This document shows, piece by piece, positions 1 through 8,235 of a stretch of DNA of 64,000 nucleotides; positions within the stretch are counted from its first letter, which is position 1; each line of letters starts with the position of its first letter. Under the pieces are notes generated by a model, which saw nothing but the letters and a program-made list of their open reading frames with translations, was not told the origin of the DNA and made no database searches. The DNA is from Pseudomonadota bacterium (lineage in GTDB: Bacteria; Bdellovibrionota_C; UBA2361; OMII01): assembly GCA_027485595.1 (NCBI GenBank), contig JAIXQT010000185.1, positions 727 through 64,726 on the forward strand, read 5' to 3'. Position numbers and translations under genes: made by a program.

Positions 1-983
1 AGGTCAGCCCATCGGAGGTAGTTCATCGCAACGGAAGCATACGTCGATCCGCCCCCTTGGTCAGGCAACGTCGCATCTCCACTGGTCCAACTGACGTTGT
101 TGCCGAAGACCAGGTTGTCAGAGTTCTTTCCTGATACGGTACTATCCCTCGCGATCTTCTGTGTCGTGGTTAGCGTATTAAAGAAAGCCACCCACTGAGA
201 TTGAGAGATCTCTCCCTTCATTATGTAGAACTTTTGATACCCCTTCGGAAATGCAGCGGGAATGGTGAAGACAGCCCCCGTCGCATCTTCCCCCGAATTG
301 CTGTTGCTCACATACCGATACTCACTATTCGTCTCTCCAAGCCCGGTGCCAGATCCCGCCTGGGTGCCAGTTGTTATCGCTGACTCGCTCCCAATGTACC
401 ACGGATCGGTATCGCTGCTCCCCTGCCGAAACGCAGCTGTTGCTAACGCGTTATCACCAGCGAAGAAGGCTCCTGGCGGGACGTACGCCATCTCTATCGC
501 GAACACCCGGATGTCGATGGTGTCATTCACGCCAACTCCGTCTTGTGTGTACTTCCAATTCAGTGAGAAGCCTGTCTTGGTGAACGTGCCCACGCCATCG
601 GCGCTCCGGTAGATGAAAACGCCGACACCTGGATTGGTCGCGATGTTGAATGCAGCGCTCGTATCGACGAGCCCCACATCTAAGGAGGCACCAGAAGGTA
701 CGGTGTGTCCGGTGTCGGTTAAACTTGCGTGCGCCCAGTCGCCCCCGTTCTTGCGAAACTTCACAAACACCCACGCCGCGTCCCAGTTGTTCGGAGCGGG
801 TGCGCCCGGGTCGGTTGATCGCCACGAGTTGTTCCACGAGATATCGAAATTGATCGGGGCAGTGCCCGTGCCGGCGTCGCGGGTGCCGACACTTGTGTTG
901 GTCACGTTGATTCCGCCGCATACGCCATCTGAGGCGGATAACACCACCGCGGCAAGCAGTATCAGCACGTTAAGAAACTTCAT
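1..983 (-). CDS. secreted SUMF1/FGE-like (formylglycine-generating-enzyme fold) domain protein, N-terminal part only; the C-terminus lies beyond the window start. Paralog of 2141..4612.
   Basis: Absent from the ORF track because it is open at the window edge. Manual translation from the ATG at 983 gives MKFLNVLILLAAVVLSASDGVCGGINVTNTSVG..NNWDAAWVFVKFRKNGGDWAHASL..AIEMAYVPPGAFFAGDN..LPDQGGGSTYASVAMNYLRWAD. This is colinear with residues 1-320 of the 823-aa product of 2141..4612. The N-terminus is signal-peptide-like. Confidence 0.75.
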   Translation of the reverse strand, partial: MKFLNVLILLAAVVLSASDGVCGGINVTNTSVGTRDAGTGTAPINFDISWNNSWRSTDPGAPAPNNWDAAWVFVKFRKNGGDWAHASLTDTGHTVPSGASLDVGLVDTSAAFNIATNPGVGVFIYRSADGVGTFTKTGFSLNWKYTQDGVGVNDTIDIRVFAIEMAYVPPGAFFAGDNALATAAFRQGSSDTDPWYIGSESAITTGTQAGSGTGLGETNSEYRYVSNSNSGEDATGAVFTIPAAFPKGYQKFYIMKGEISQSQWVAFFNTLTTTQKIARDSTVSGKNSDNLVFGNNVSWTSGDATLPDQGGGSTYASVAMNYLRWAD

Positions 984-1053
984 TATACGAATATCGGCTG
1001 CATGGTGAATTAGCTCAAGGGGTTTTGGGTTCATATGCGATCCGCGACATTGG

Positions 1054-1073
1054 GGCGACCAGACATGGTCGCC
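1054..1073. repeat. REP-like hairpin GGCGACC-N6-GGTCGCC between two minus-strand genes
   Basis: Perfect 7-bp stem (ggcgacc agacat ggtcgcc). The same stem sequence recurs twice at 11917..12010. Confidence 0.5.
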
Positions 1074-1103
1074 GTCCCGCTCCCCAACCAGCAACCACGG
1101 TAC

Positions 1104-2003
1104 CTACGTTTTTGGCGTAGTCCCCCACCGCTTCTGCCTCAGGTGCAAAATCACCATAACGGTTACGGAGAAGGTAAAGGCGCAAAGAGCAACAACGTGA
1201 TTAGCAGGCCGCTCCATGCTCAGTGAGATCCGGAGAAGAACCGTAGAGATGATGAAACTTGCGTTCCTCACCACCGTGAAAAATGACGAGTCATACAGAA
1301 AGGAGATGATCAGCAGGAGAACATCCGCATATATCATCACGTTGAAGAAATCGAGGTAGAAGAACGTATCAGGATCGGGGAACTCCGTTCGGTTGACCAG
1401 AGCTAACCAGGCGTGCGAAGCCCACGCCATCACGCTGTAGGCGCTCGTCACCACAAGCACTACGACCAAGATCGCAGAAACGGCCTTCTTGAAATCGATG
1501 AACCTGCGAAGATCCGCCTGACTGTCCCCCTCGCGGTGGCGGGAATGGAGTCGATGAAACAAGACGGTCAGCGTAAACATGATCAAAGAAGCTACAAGGT
1601 CATACCCAAGGCTTAACACCGCAGGATCCGACGCGTGAATTGGAGCGTGCATGGGCACGCTCGCGATGTCATGAAAAAAGCTCCGTAGGGTTATGAGGGT
1701 CACGATCTCAAACTGCTTGGCGATAAACTCCGTCATAGACTCAGGAAGTATGATGACGAGCAGAAAAACCTCATACACGAGGATAAAGCTAAATGGGGTG
1801 TAGATAGCCTTCAGATAGTTGAAGCTGTGCCCGCGATAGAGTGCTGGGACGTTGTTGAAGAGAAAGATGAGTGCAAGGTGACTGAGGAAAAAGAGAACCG
1901 CCATCCGAATAATCAACACCTCGAATCGGCGGATATGTGCGGGCGTCACAAACTGTGTAAAGAGGCGAGCTAGGGAGTGAGCGGCAGATTCAGCGGGTGT
2001 CAT
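1104..2003 (-). CDS. multi-pass integral membrane protein, function unknown
   Basis: ORF 1104..2057. The internal ATG at 2003 is preceded by GGAG 8 nt upstream (MTPAESAAH..). Several long hydrophobic segments. No motif recognised. Confidence 0.6.
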   Translation of the reverse strand: MTPAESAAHSLARLFTQFVTPAHIRRFEVLIIRMAVLFFLSHLALIFLFNNVPALYRGHSFNYLKAIYTPFSFILVYEVFLLVIILPESMTEFIAKQFEIVTLITLRSFFHDIASVPMHAPIHASDPAVLSLGYDLVASLIMFTLTVLFHRLHSRHREGDSQADLRRFIDFKKAVSAILVVVLVVTSAYSVMAWASHAWLALVNRTEFPDPDTFFYLDFFNVMIYADVLLLIISFLYDSSFFTVVRNASFIISTVLLRISLSMERPANHVVALCAFTFSVTVMVILHLRQKRWGTTPKT

Positions 2004-2140
2004 ACGGTGTCTCCTAAATAGCGCCTTGCAACATCTCGCTGGAGCTGAGGCTTGCACAGCCGAGAGCTTTCGGCATCGAAAATATCATCCTGCTGAATAC
2101 AGATGTCAGGTTTGGTGTCGCCGTGGGCGTGGCGATCGAA

Positions 2141-4612
2141 TCAAAAAGGCACTGATCGTATCTCAATGTCATCCATAATAACGTCATAGTTTATCACTTG
2201 CTCAACTCGACCGAGAAACAGTCTGCCCACACTTGCAGTAGACGTTCCGTTATTCGACACGGCGAGCATTCCAGACGCGCCTGACGCGGGCCATGTCGGT
2301 CTCGAAGCTGTCGTCGTAAGCCCAACGCGACAGATGGCATTCCCACCACTACCAGCCTCATACTCGACCCAGCCGTAGTACGTCGTTCCCGTGGTTGGAG
2401 CTGTCGCTGCATCGACGGTGGAGCCGCCAATCGGAGAAGCGCGAAAAACATTAGTTGCATTCCGCAATCCAACGCTGCAGAGGATGGTATCCGATGAATC
2501 TCGTAGCGTCATAAAAACATTATTACCGGATGAGACCCGCTGCGAATTGAACCTGAATCGGACATAGACCGTCGAAGACGGCACAAACGAGGTATACCCG
2601 TTAGGCCGACCGGTTCCTGCCGACTCCACACGAGCGGAGTAGCTGCCCACGAGAGGAGCTGGCGCACTCGCGTATTGCGCGGCAAAAGCTGTATAAGGCG
2701 ATGTGTTGTAAACCCATTGGTTAACAACTCCAGGCCCCTCGAAGGTCTCCGTCAGTGGAAGGGACTGAATCGCTGGGGTGGGGGTCGGTGTTACGGTAGG
2801 CGTTGCGGATGGCGTGAGAGTTGGAGTGTTTGTAGCTGTTCTTGTTGCCGTTGGAGTCGTTGTTGGTGAACTTGTTGGCGTGATCGTTGGAGTAGCAGTT
2901 GGAGTAAAGGTTACCGTTGAAGTCGGAGTGGATGTTACGGTTGGAGTGCTGGTTGGAGTCCTCGTAGGTGTTTGAGAAGACGTTGCGGTTGGTGTTACGG
3001 TCGAGGTTGCAGTCGCCGTTACAGTTGGAGTCTCCGTCGGCGTCGCCGTGCGGGTCGGAGTCGGCGTTGACGCCGGAATACTCTCTCCGAGCGCCGCGCG
3101 AGCTCCACGCCCGCCGAACCCGGATTCGCGATCAGCGAAGATCACGGCGGCACTACTTCGATCCGACACGCGTGCCGAGAGAGCTGCATCATTCCACGCG
3201 CCACCCTTAAAACCGGCCCCGGATCCACTGCTTGCGGGCCACGAGGTTACGTTCGCGTCTCCAGAGGCGTCTAAGATTCCATCTCCGTGGCGCGCGCCGT
3301 TAAAGGATCGCCCAGAAGAGTTTGCGACCGTGACAACTCGATCCCAGAGCGAACCAGAGAGGTCCATGACCCCGTAGTAGCCAGCTCCTGACGCTTCTCG
3401 CGTCGATACCCCGTACCCAAAACTTCCCACTCGAAGCGGTCCCTGCACCCCAGCGTGGTCACCGTAGGAAACATTCGCCCCGCTCTGTGCCCGCTCTGTG
3501 CCGCTGCCTCCGCTTGAGATAGTTGTCGCTTGCGTTCCTGAGGCACCTCCCCACGCGTACTCACCTGCAACTACAGAGAGCGGTCCCCGTGCCGTCTTCT
3601 CAAACTCAAGCTCGCTCATCGGACGCAGCCCCGCCCAATCGAGGTACGCGGCGACGTCAGCCCAGGAGAGGTAGCTCATCCCAACGTGTTCATACGTCGC
3701 CCCGCTTCCTTGATCAGGCAGCGTCGCGTTGCCGCTCGTCCAACTGACGTTGTTGCGATACGTCAGCGAGTCCCCTTTAGCGACGGTGATATCGCGCGCG
3801 CTCTTCTGCGTAGCGGTTAACGTGTTAAAGAATTCAACCCACTGCCCCTGCGTGATGTGGCTCTTCATGACGTAGTACGGCGCGAAACCCTTCGGATAGA
3901 CCTCAGGGATCGTGAACACCGCGCCGGCGGCATCTCCATCATCCACCAAAGGGTTGTAGTAGAGCGGCTCACTTTGACCGGAACCACTTCCGTTACCCGT
4001 GGTGCTCTGAACCTGTAAGGGGGCTTCACCCCCTACGTACCACGGGTCGGTGTCTGAGCTTCCCTGCCTCAATGCGCCGGTGGAGGTGTTGTTGTCCCCA
4101 GCGTAAAAGGGAGCTTGGGGTACGTACGCCATCTCGACCGCTATGACCTTTACCTCCACGTTATCAGTTATCGCGACCCCGTTCGCCCAATAGTTCCAAC
4201 TAAGCGACACGCCGCTTGCGGTGAAGCTCCCCGTGCTGGTGTTTCTCGGGTATACGAAAGCTCCAACACCGGGATTCGTTGAGATGTTAAACGCGGAGCT
4301 CGTATCGGCGAGTCCAAGGGTTATCGCGGCGTTCGATGGTACCGAGTGTCCTGCCTCATTTAACTTCGCGTGGCTCCATTCACCACTCCCAACCCGGTAC
4401 TTTACAAACACCCACGCAGCGTCCCAGTTGTCAGGAGCTCCACTTGAGCGCCACGAGTGCGTCCACGAGATGTCAAATGTTATCGGGACATCTCCACTCC
4501 CGGTGTTAGGCGTACCAAGCGAGAGGTTTGATATCGTTACCTCGCTACACACCCCCTGCCGCGCCAAGAAGAGCGCACACAGAAAAAGCAGTGGTAGTAA
4601 AAGACGCCTCAT
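2141..4612 (-). CDS. secreted SUMF1/FGE-like domain protein with Pro/Thr-rich linker and C-terminal jelly-roll-like (LamG-type) domain
   Basis: 823-aa ORF with signal peptide MRRLLLPLLFLCALFLARQGVCS. The central region (YVMKSHITQGQWVEFFN..MSYLSWADVAAYLDWAGLRPMSELEFEKTARG..YYGVMDLSGSLWDRV..GGAWND) is typical of the FGE-sulfatase/SUMF1 fold. A roughly 100-aa PT linker is followed by a 210-aa beta-rich C-terminal domain. Confidence 0.85.
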   Translation of the reverse strand: MRRLLLPLLFLCALFLARQGVCSEVTISNLSLGTPNTGSGDVPITFDISWTHSWRSSGAPDNWDAAWVFVKYRVGSGEWSHAKLNEAGHSVPSNAAITLGLADTSSAFNISTNPGVGAFVYPRNTSTGSFTASGVSLSWNYWANGVAITDNVEVKVIAVEMAYVPQAPFYAGDNNTSTGALRQGSSDTDPWYVGGEAPLQVQSTTGNGSGSGQSEPLYYNPLVDDGDAAGAVFTIPEVYPKGFAPYYVMKSHITQGQWVEFFNTLTATQKSARDITVAKGDSLTYRNNVSWTSGNATLPDQGSGATYEHVGMSYLSWADVAAYLDWAGLRPMSELEFEKTARGPLSVVAGEYAWGGASGTQATTISSGGSGTERAQSGANVSYGDHAGVQGPLRVGSFGYGVSTREASGAGYYGVMDLSGSLWDRVVTVANSSGRSFNGARHGDGILDASGDANVTSWPASSGSGAGFKGGAWNDAALSARVSDRSSAAVIFADRESGFGGRGARAALGESIPASTPTPTRTATPTETPTVTATATSTVTPTATSSQTPTRTPTSTPTVTSTPTSTVTFTPTATPTITPTSSPTTTPTATRTATNTPTLTPSATPTVTPTPTPAIQSLPLTETFEGPGVVNQWVYNTSPYTAFAAQYASAPAPLVGSYSARVESAGTGRPNGYTSFVPSSTVYVRFRFNSQRVSSGNNVFMTLRDSSDTILCSVGLRNATNVFRASPIGGSTVDAATAPTTGTTYYGWVEYEAGSGGNAICRVGLTTTASRPTWPASGASGMLAVSNNGTSTASVGRLFLGRVEQVINYDVIMDDIEIRSVPF
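2774..3073 (-). repeat. degenerate coding tandem repeat (Pro/Thr-rich linker, residues ~514-613 of the 823-aa protein)
   Basis: PTPTRTATPTETPTVTATATSTVTPTATSSQTPTRTPTSTPTVTSTPTSTVTFTPTATPTITPTSSPTTTPTATRTATNTPTLTPSATPTVTPTPTP. The antisense frame gives the spurious GV-rich ORF 2778..2975. Confidence 0.85.
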
Positions 4613-4909
4613 GACTTTGTGTTCACCTGTCCATCCTCCTGGTATGGATTCGCTCTATATCACTGGGAAAATCGGCACACCGGGGGGATATGCTTAGGAT
4701 GTGTCGCTTTTTGGATAAGTCGCAGAAGTCGCTGGAAAAGCGAGGAAATAACCCTGTTAGCTCCTGCAGCAACGGTTTCCCGCCGGCTGATTGGCTGAGC
4801 GCCCAAGCATGAGCTCGGCTGGGTCTGGCAGGAAATGCATTGGTATTATCAGTTGGTTAGCGCCCCCCTGGGGTCCTTATTCGCAATCAGGGATACCAGA
4901 AACGGTATC

Positions 4910-4937
4910 GGCGGTTCGAATCCTCTCCGCTCCGCCA
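4910..4937 (+). other. orphan tRNA-like 3' end (T-arm, acceptor 3' strand and CCA); no intact cloverleaf found
   Basis: ggcgg-TTCGAAT-cctct-ccgctcc-g-CCA. The T-stem has one mismatch. The required 5' acceptor strand GGAGCGG is absent within 400 nt upstream. The adjacent hairpin gatacc-agaaac-ggtatc has a 6-nt loop, so it is not a canonical anticodon arm. Confidence 0.35.
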
Positions 4938-5080
4938 TTTCACTCCCCACCAAAAGTAAGATTCGAACCTGTTCGGCCGAAGGGCCGAACCAAACAACAC
5001 GGAGAATCCTCTCCTTTAGGCGCCGTAGCCCCAAAGGGGCGAAGGCGGCTCTCCGCCATTTCACTCCCCACCAAAAGTAA
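4930..5080. repeat. 30-bp perfect direct repeat (copies at 4930..4959 and 5051..5080)
   Basis: ctccgccatttcactccccaccaaaagtaa occurs twice, 121 bp apart. Copy 1 overlaps the tRNA-like CCA end. The spacer contains an inverted T-loop-like GATTCGAACC and the 8-bp hairpin gttcggcc-gaag-ggccgaac. Confidence 0.8.
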
Positions 5081-5689
5081 AATTGTAACCGACATCACTT
5101 CGCGGCCGAACACCCCCTTCAAAGGAAATGTTCCCTGGATGAAAGGTCGATACTACCCCATGATCAATACGATACCCGGGCGCGTCTAGGGCGCTCATAA
5201 TCTGCAAAACCACTAAGAACATTCACGACTGCGCAGCCACCCGCTGCCGTGGGGCGCTGTTTATGGTCGAAATTTGTTGGGGTGATAAATGTGTGATACT
5301 TAATACTCGTTTGGAAATCACTTCTTTCCACTAAGTTTTCATCGAACTAAGAGCTTCAGCGCACAGCGAAACATCCAGTGGACGGCTCCTCTAGCTAGAC
5401 CGCGCTCGTACAGCATGAACACTTAAACGGTATCTTTTGGAGCTTTCTATTCTTGGTGCGACGGACCTCAATGAAGGCCTCGGCCAAAGAAAGGAAACAT
5501 CTAATCGGTTCAAACTTCAACTCCCTCGTTGTTGACGTAATTTTACTTTTTATGGAGACATGGTCGCAGATGTTTTAAGGAAAAGCAGTCCTTACTCCTT
5601 GTCCAAACCGTTTGACGAAGTTGGTCCGTTGAGGCGCGCCAAGATGAAGAGACGAGCGATGGCAACCAACGCGACCCAATTTTTTATCT

Positions 5690-6373
5690 ATGTTTCAATC
5701 GTTTTGTAAGTTGGTGACAAAACTCACCCAGCTGTCGTCATATCAAACATCTCTCCAAGCTGATTCGACCCTATCTCTCTCCGGGCCTCCAATTTCTGAG
5801 AACGTTCGGCAGACATACGCGCTGATAGAGACACATGAAAACAAACTACGAGGCCTTGCGCTGGCTTGCGCCACTCGGCTGCGAAGCATGAAGCTCGATG
5901 AGCTAGACACCTTACGTAAGGTGGATATGTACCTGGACGCGAGAGAGACGGGTACCTCTCCCAGGGGTGTTTCACTCCAACGACTTGAATCTTGGGTACT
6001 GATTAAGCAGCCGCAACTCCAGACACAACTGTGGCTGCTCAATCAAATTCTCGACTCTTTTGATAGTACTCTCTCGACGCTTGGCGAATTGGGGGATAGC
6101 GAAGCCTCGCGGAATCCTGAAAACGCCTCTCCTCGTTTAGCTCAGGGGAGCGGTCGGGCTCTTGTGGCCATGATTGATGAGGCAAAGGGTTTGCGTGACA
6201 GAATCCAAGAGGGACTCGCGGCGGATTCAAGAATCCATAGTTCAAGTCAAGCGGCATCTCCATTCTGTAAGTTTCTTGACCGATACCAACGACTCTTGAA
6301 AGACCCGGTCTTACATACGCAGTTCTGCCCGAATCAGGGGTTGATCGATAAATTCGAGACCTGGAATCCTTAA
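5690..6373 (+). CDS. hypothetical protein (ORFan) in an A/T-richer stretch
   Basis: 227-aa ATG ORF. No motif recognised. It lies downstream of a ~1 kb non-coding region. Confidence 0.5.
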   Translation: MFQSFCKLVTKLTQLSSYQTSLQADSTLSLSGPPISENVRQTYALIETHENKLRGLALACATRLRSMKLDELDTLRKVDMYLDARETGTSPRGVSLQRLESWVLIKQPQLQTQLWLLNQILDSFDSTLSTLGELGDSEASRNPENASPRLAQGSGRALVAMIDEAKGLRDRIQEGLAADSRIHSSSQAASPFCKFLDRYQRLLKDPVLHTQFCPNQGLIDKFETWNP

Positions 6374-6529
6374 CGGAATCGAAATGATAACGGGCTGTTT
6401 TACCATATCCATGCTACGCAACCTACTCTCCTTCGTGATGGTGCCTTTGTAACCGGTAGCCCTTTTGGGTAGCAAAAATTAACACTGACAAGAGATGGTC
6501 TCGTCCCTTTGTTTTCGAAGGGGCGAAAA

Positions 6530-7048
6530 TCAATACTGCACCAACGAAGACACCGCCCCATCCTTCAACTTGTCGCGCCCACCGAGTCCGAGCAATTCAA
6601 CGAGAAAGATGTACGACGCGACCGATGCGCCGACTTTTTGAACTAAATCACCAGCCGCGCGCGCGGTTCCGCCGGTGGCGAGCACATCATCGATAACAAC
6701 GATGCGTGAGCCTGGGTCGACGAGACCGTGCTTTAACTCCAAGCTATCCGTGCCGTACTCTAAACCGTACTCAACTCGGACTCGATCACCAGGCAACTTA
6801 CCGGGCTTTCTTGCGAGAATAAGGGGCACTCCCGCTTCATGGGCGACCGGCGCAGCGAAGAGGAACCCGCGAGACTCAACGGCGACGATCCCAGCGACCT
6901 TGAGGTCTGAAACCTCTTTCGCCATGAGATTGACAACATGGCGAAAAGCGGTCGGAGCTTTAAGAAGGGGCGAAATATCACGAAACAGGATCCCTGGCTT
7001 TGGAAAGTCGGGGATATCAGCGATGAAGGATTTAAGATCGTTGCTCAT
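6530..7048 (-). CDS. apt: adenine phosphoribosyltransferase
   Basis: MSNDLKSFIADIPDFPKPGILFRDISPLL.. and PRPP loop VVIDDVLATGGTA. Start moved to the internal ATG at 7048; the ORF track begins at 7120. Confidence 0.9.
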   Translation of the reverse strand: MSNDLKSFIADIPDFPKPGILFRDISPLLKAPTAFRHVVNLMAKEVSDLKVAGIVAVESRGFLFAAPVAHEAGVPLILARKPGKLPGDRVRVEYGLEYGTDSLELKHGLVDPGSRIVVIDDVLATGGTARAAGDLVQKVGASVASYIFLVELLGLGGRDKLKDGAVSSLVQY

Positions 7049-7146
7049 ACAGTGCTCGCGATACTCCGTGTAAGGGTGTGGTGAGAACGAGGCGATAGTA
7101 TCCCGATTTGACCGGCACAAAAATGCGTAAAAACAAGATCGCCAAT

Positions 7147-7920
7147 CTACTCACGAGAACTAAGGACCCGCACAAACTCTCGAACGAACGCCTCGGACCC
7201 AACTGATGCCGCTTGTTCGATGAACGCGCCGAAATCTGTTGCTGCGTGTCCCGACGCTTCATCCGAGATAATTCGGGTCACAACAAAGGGCACACCGTGC
7301 TCAACACACACTTGCGCGACGGCTGCCCCCTCCATCTCAACGCATTTAAGGTCGGAAATTGCCGCGCTGAGAGAGTCACGTTCACCGGGGTCGCACACAA
7401 ACACATCACCACTTCCGATTACACCGGCGTGAACTCGCGGCAGTTGCTTTGAAAAGTGCTGCACGCCGCTCGTGTAGGACGGAGACAACACCGTGAGCGT
7501 GGCGGCCTCTGTCGCAACAGCAAAGAGCCGATCACAGCTCTTCATCTCTCGTACTCCAAGGAGTGGAATATCAAAACGCTCGTATCCCAACACCCCTTTC
7601 AGATCCATGTCGTGCTGCACCAAACGATCGGCGACGACGATATCGCCGATTCGAACGGCTGAGTCCGTGGCGCCCGCGACCCCAACAACGACAATCGCCT
7701 CTACACCGAACTCTTGTATGAGCAACGATGTAGTCACGGCGGCGGCGACTTTTCCTACTCGGGCCGCAACGAGCGTCAATTCGAGGTCGTTATGAGAAAC
7801 CGAAAGGAAGGAGCGGGGGCCGATCCCTCGGGAGGTGGTGAAACCGAAGGCGTGCGCGATAAGCCGGAACTCCGATTCCATCGCGGTCATGATGCCGAGC
7901 TTAGCTATCTTACGTGCCAT
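7147..7920 (-). CDS. mtnN: 5'-methylthioadenosine/S-adenosylhomocysteine nucleosidase
   Basis: GIMTAMESEF, VGVAGA, VEMEGAAVAQVC and RIISDEA blocks. Start placed at the internal ATG at 7920 (MARKIAKLGIM..). The upstream 79 codons of the ORF look non-coding. Confidence 0.8.
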   Translation of the reverse strand: MARKIAKLGIMTAMESEFRLIAHAFGFTTSRGIGPRSFLSVSHNDLELTLVAARVGKVAAAVTTSLLIQEFGVEAIVVVGVAGATDSAVRIGDIVVADRLVQHDMDLKGVLGYERFDIPLLGVREMKSCDRLFAVATEAATLTVLSPSYTSGVQHFSKQLPRVHAGVIGSGDVFVCDPGERDSLSAAISDLKCVEMEGAAVAQVCVEHGVPFVVTRIISDEASGHAATDFGAFIEQAASVGSEAFVREFVRVLSSRE

Positions 7921-8235
7921 ACGTCCCTTTCCCTCCCAGGCGAGTGTGGCTCTTACGGTACGCTCCGGGGGAGCGAAAATCCAGGCGGAGCACCCGGATG
8001 GGAAGCCCCTGCGGGCCCCCGAGGCAGCCGACCGGCCCTCCACCCAGAGCGTCCCCTTCAGCTGTCTCGATCGGCTCGAATCGCCTCGTTTTAGACCTCG
8101 ACAAGGCAGGGCCTCAATCGAGCCCAAAACCACCCTTTTTCCACACCCCAAAAGCACCTCAAATCTGTGCTTTTTTCAGGGCTTAGAGCTGTTTTTTACC
8201 TTGAACAAACTACCCCCTCGTCCTAGAGTACGCGA

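Noticed and set aside
2194-4697. Numerous plus- and minus-strand ORFs inside 2141..4612 (for example GV-rich 2778..2975 and 4221..4697) and inside 201..1008
   Set aside because: They are antisense or out-of-frame shadows of the two FGE-domain genes. The plus-strand similarity between 613..1008 and 4221..4697 simply mirrors the paralogy of the real minus-strand genes.
4640-4937. Possible tmRNA (ssrA) or intact tRNA gene ending at the CCA at 4937
   Set aside because: No 5' strand complementary to the acceptor 3' strand (GGAGCGG) lies within 400 nt upstream or downstream, which also argues against a permuted form. No plausible tag reading frame ends in hydrophobic residues. No D-arm or 7-nt anticodon loop is present. 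I kept it only as a tRNA-like remnant.
4791-5189. ORFs 4791..5189, 4835..5080, 4849..5064 and 4940..5122
   Set aside because: They overlap one another on both strands across the repeat and hairpin region, have an odd composition, and are best explained as chance frames through structured non-coding DNA.
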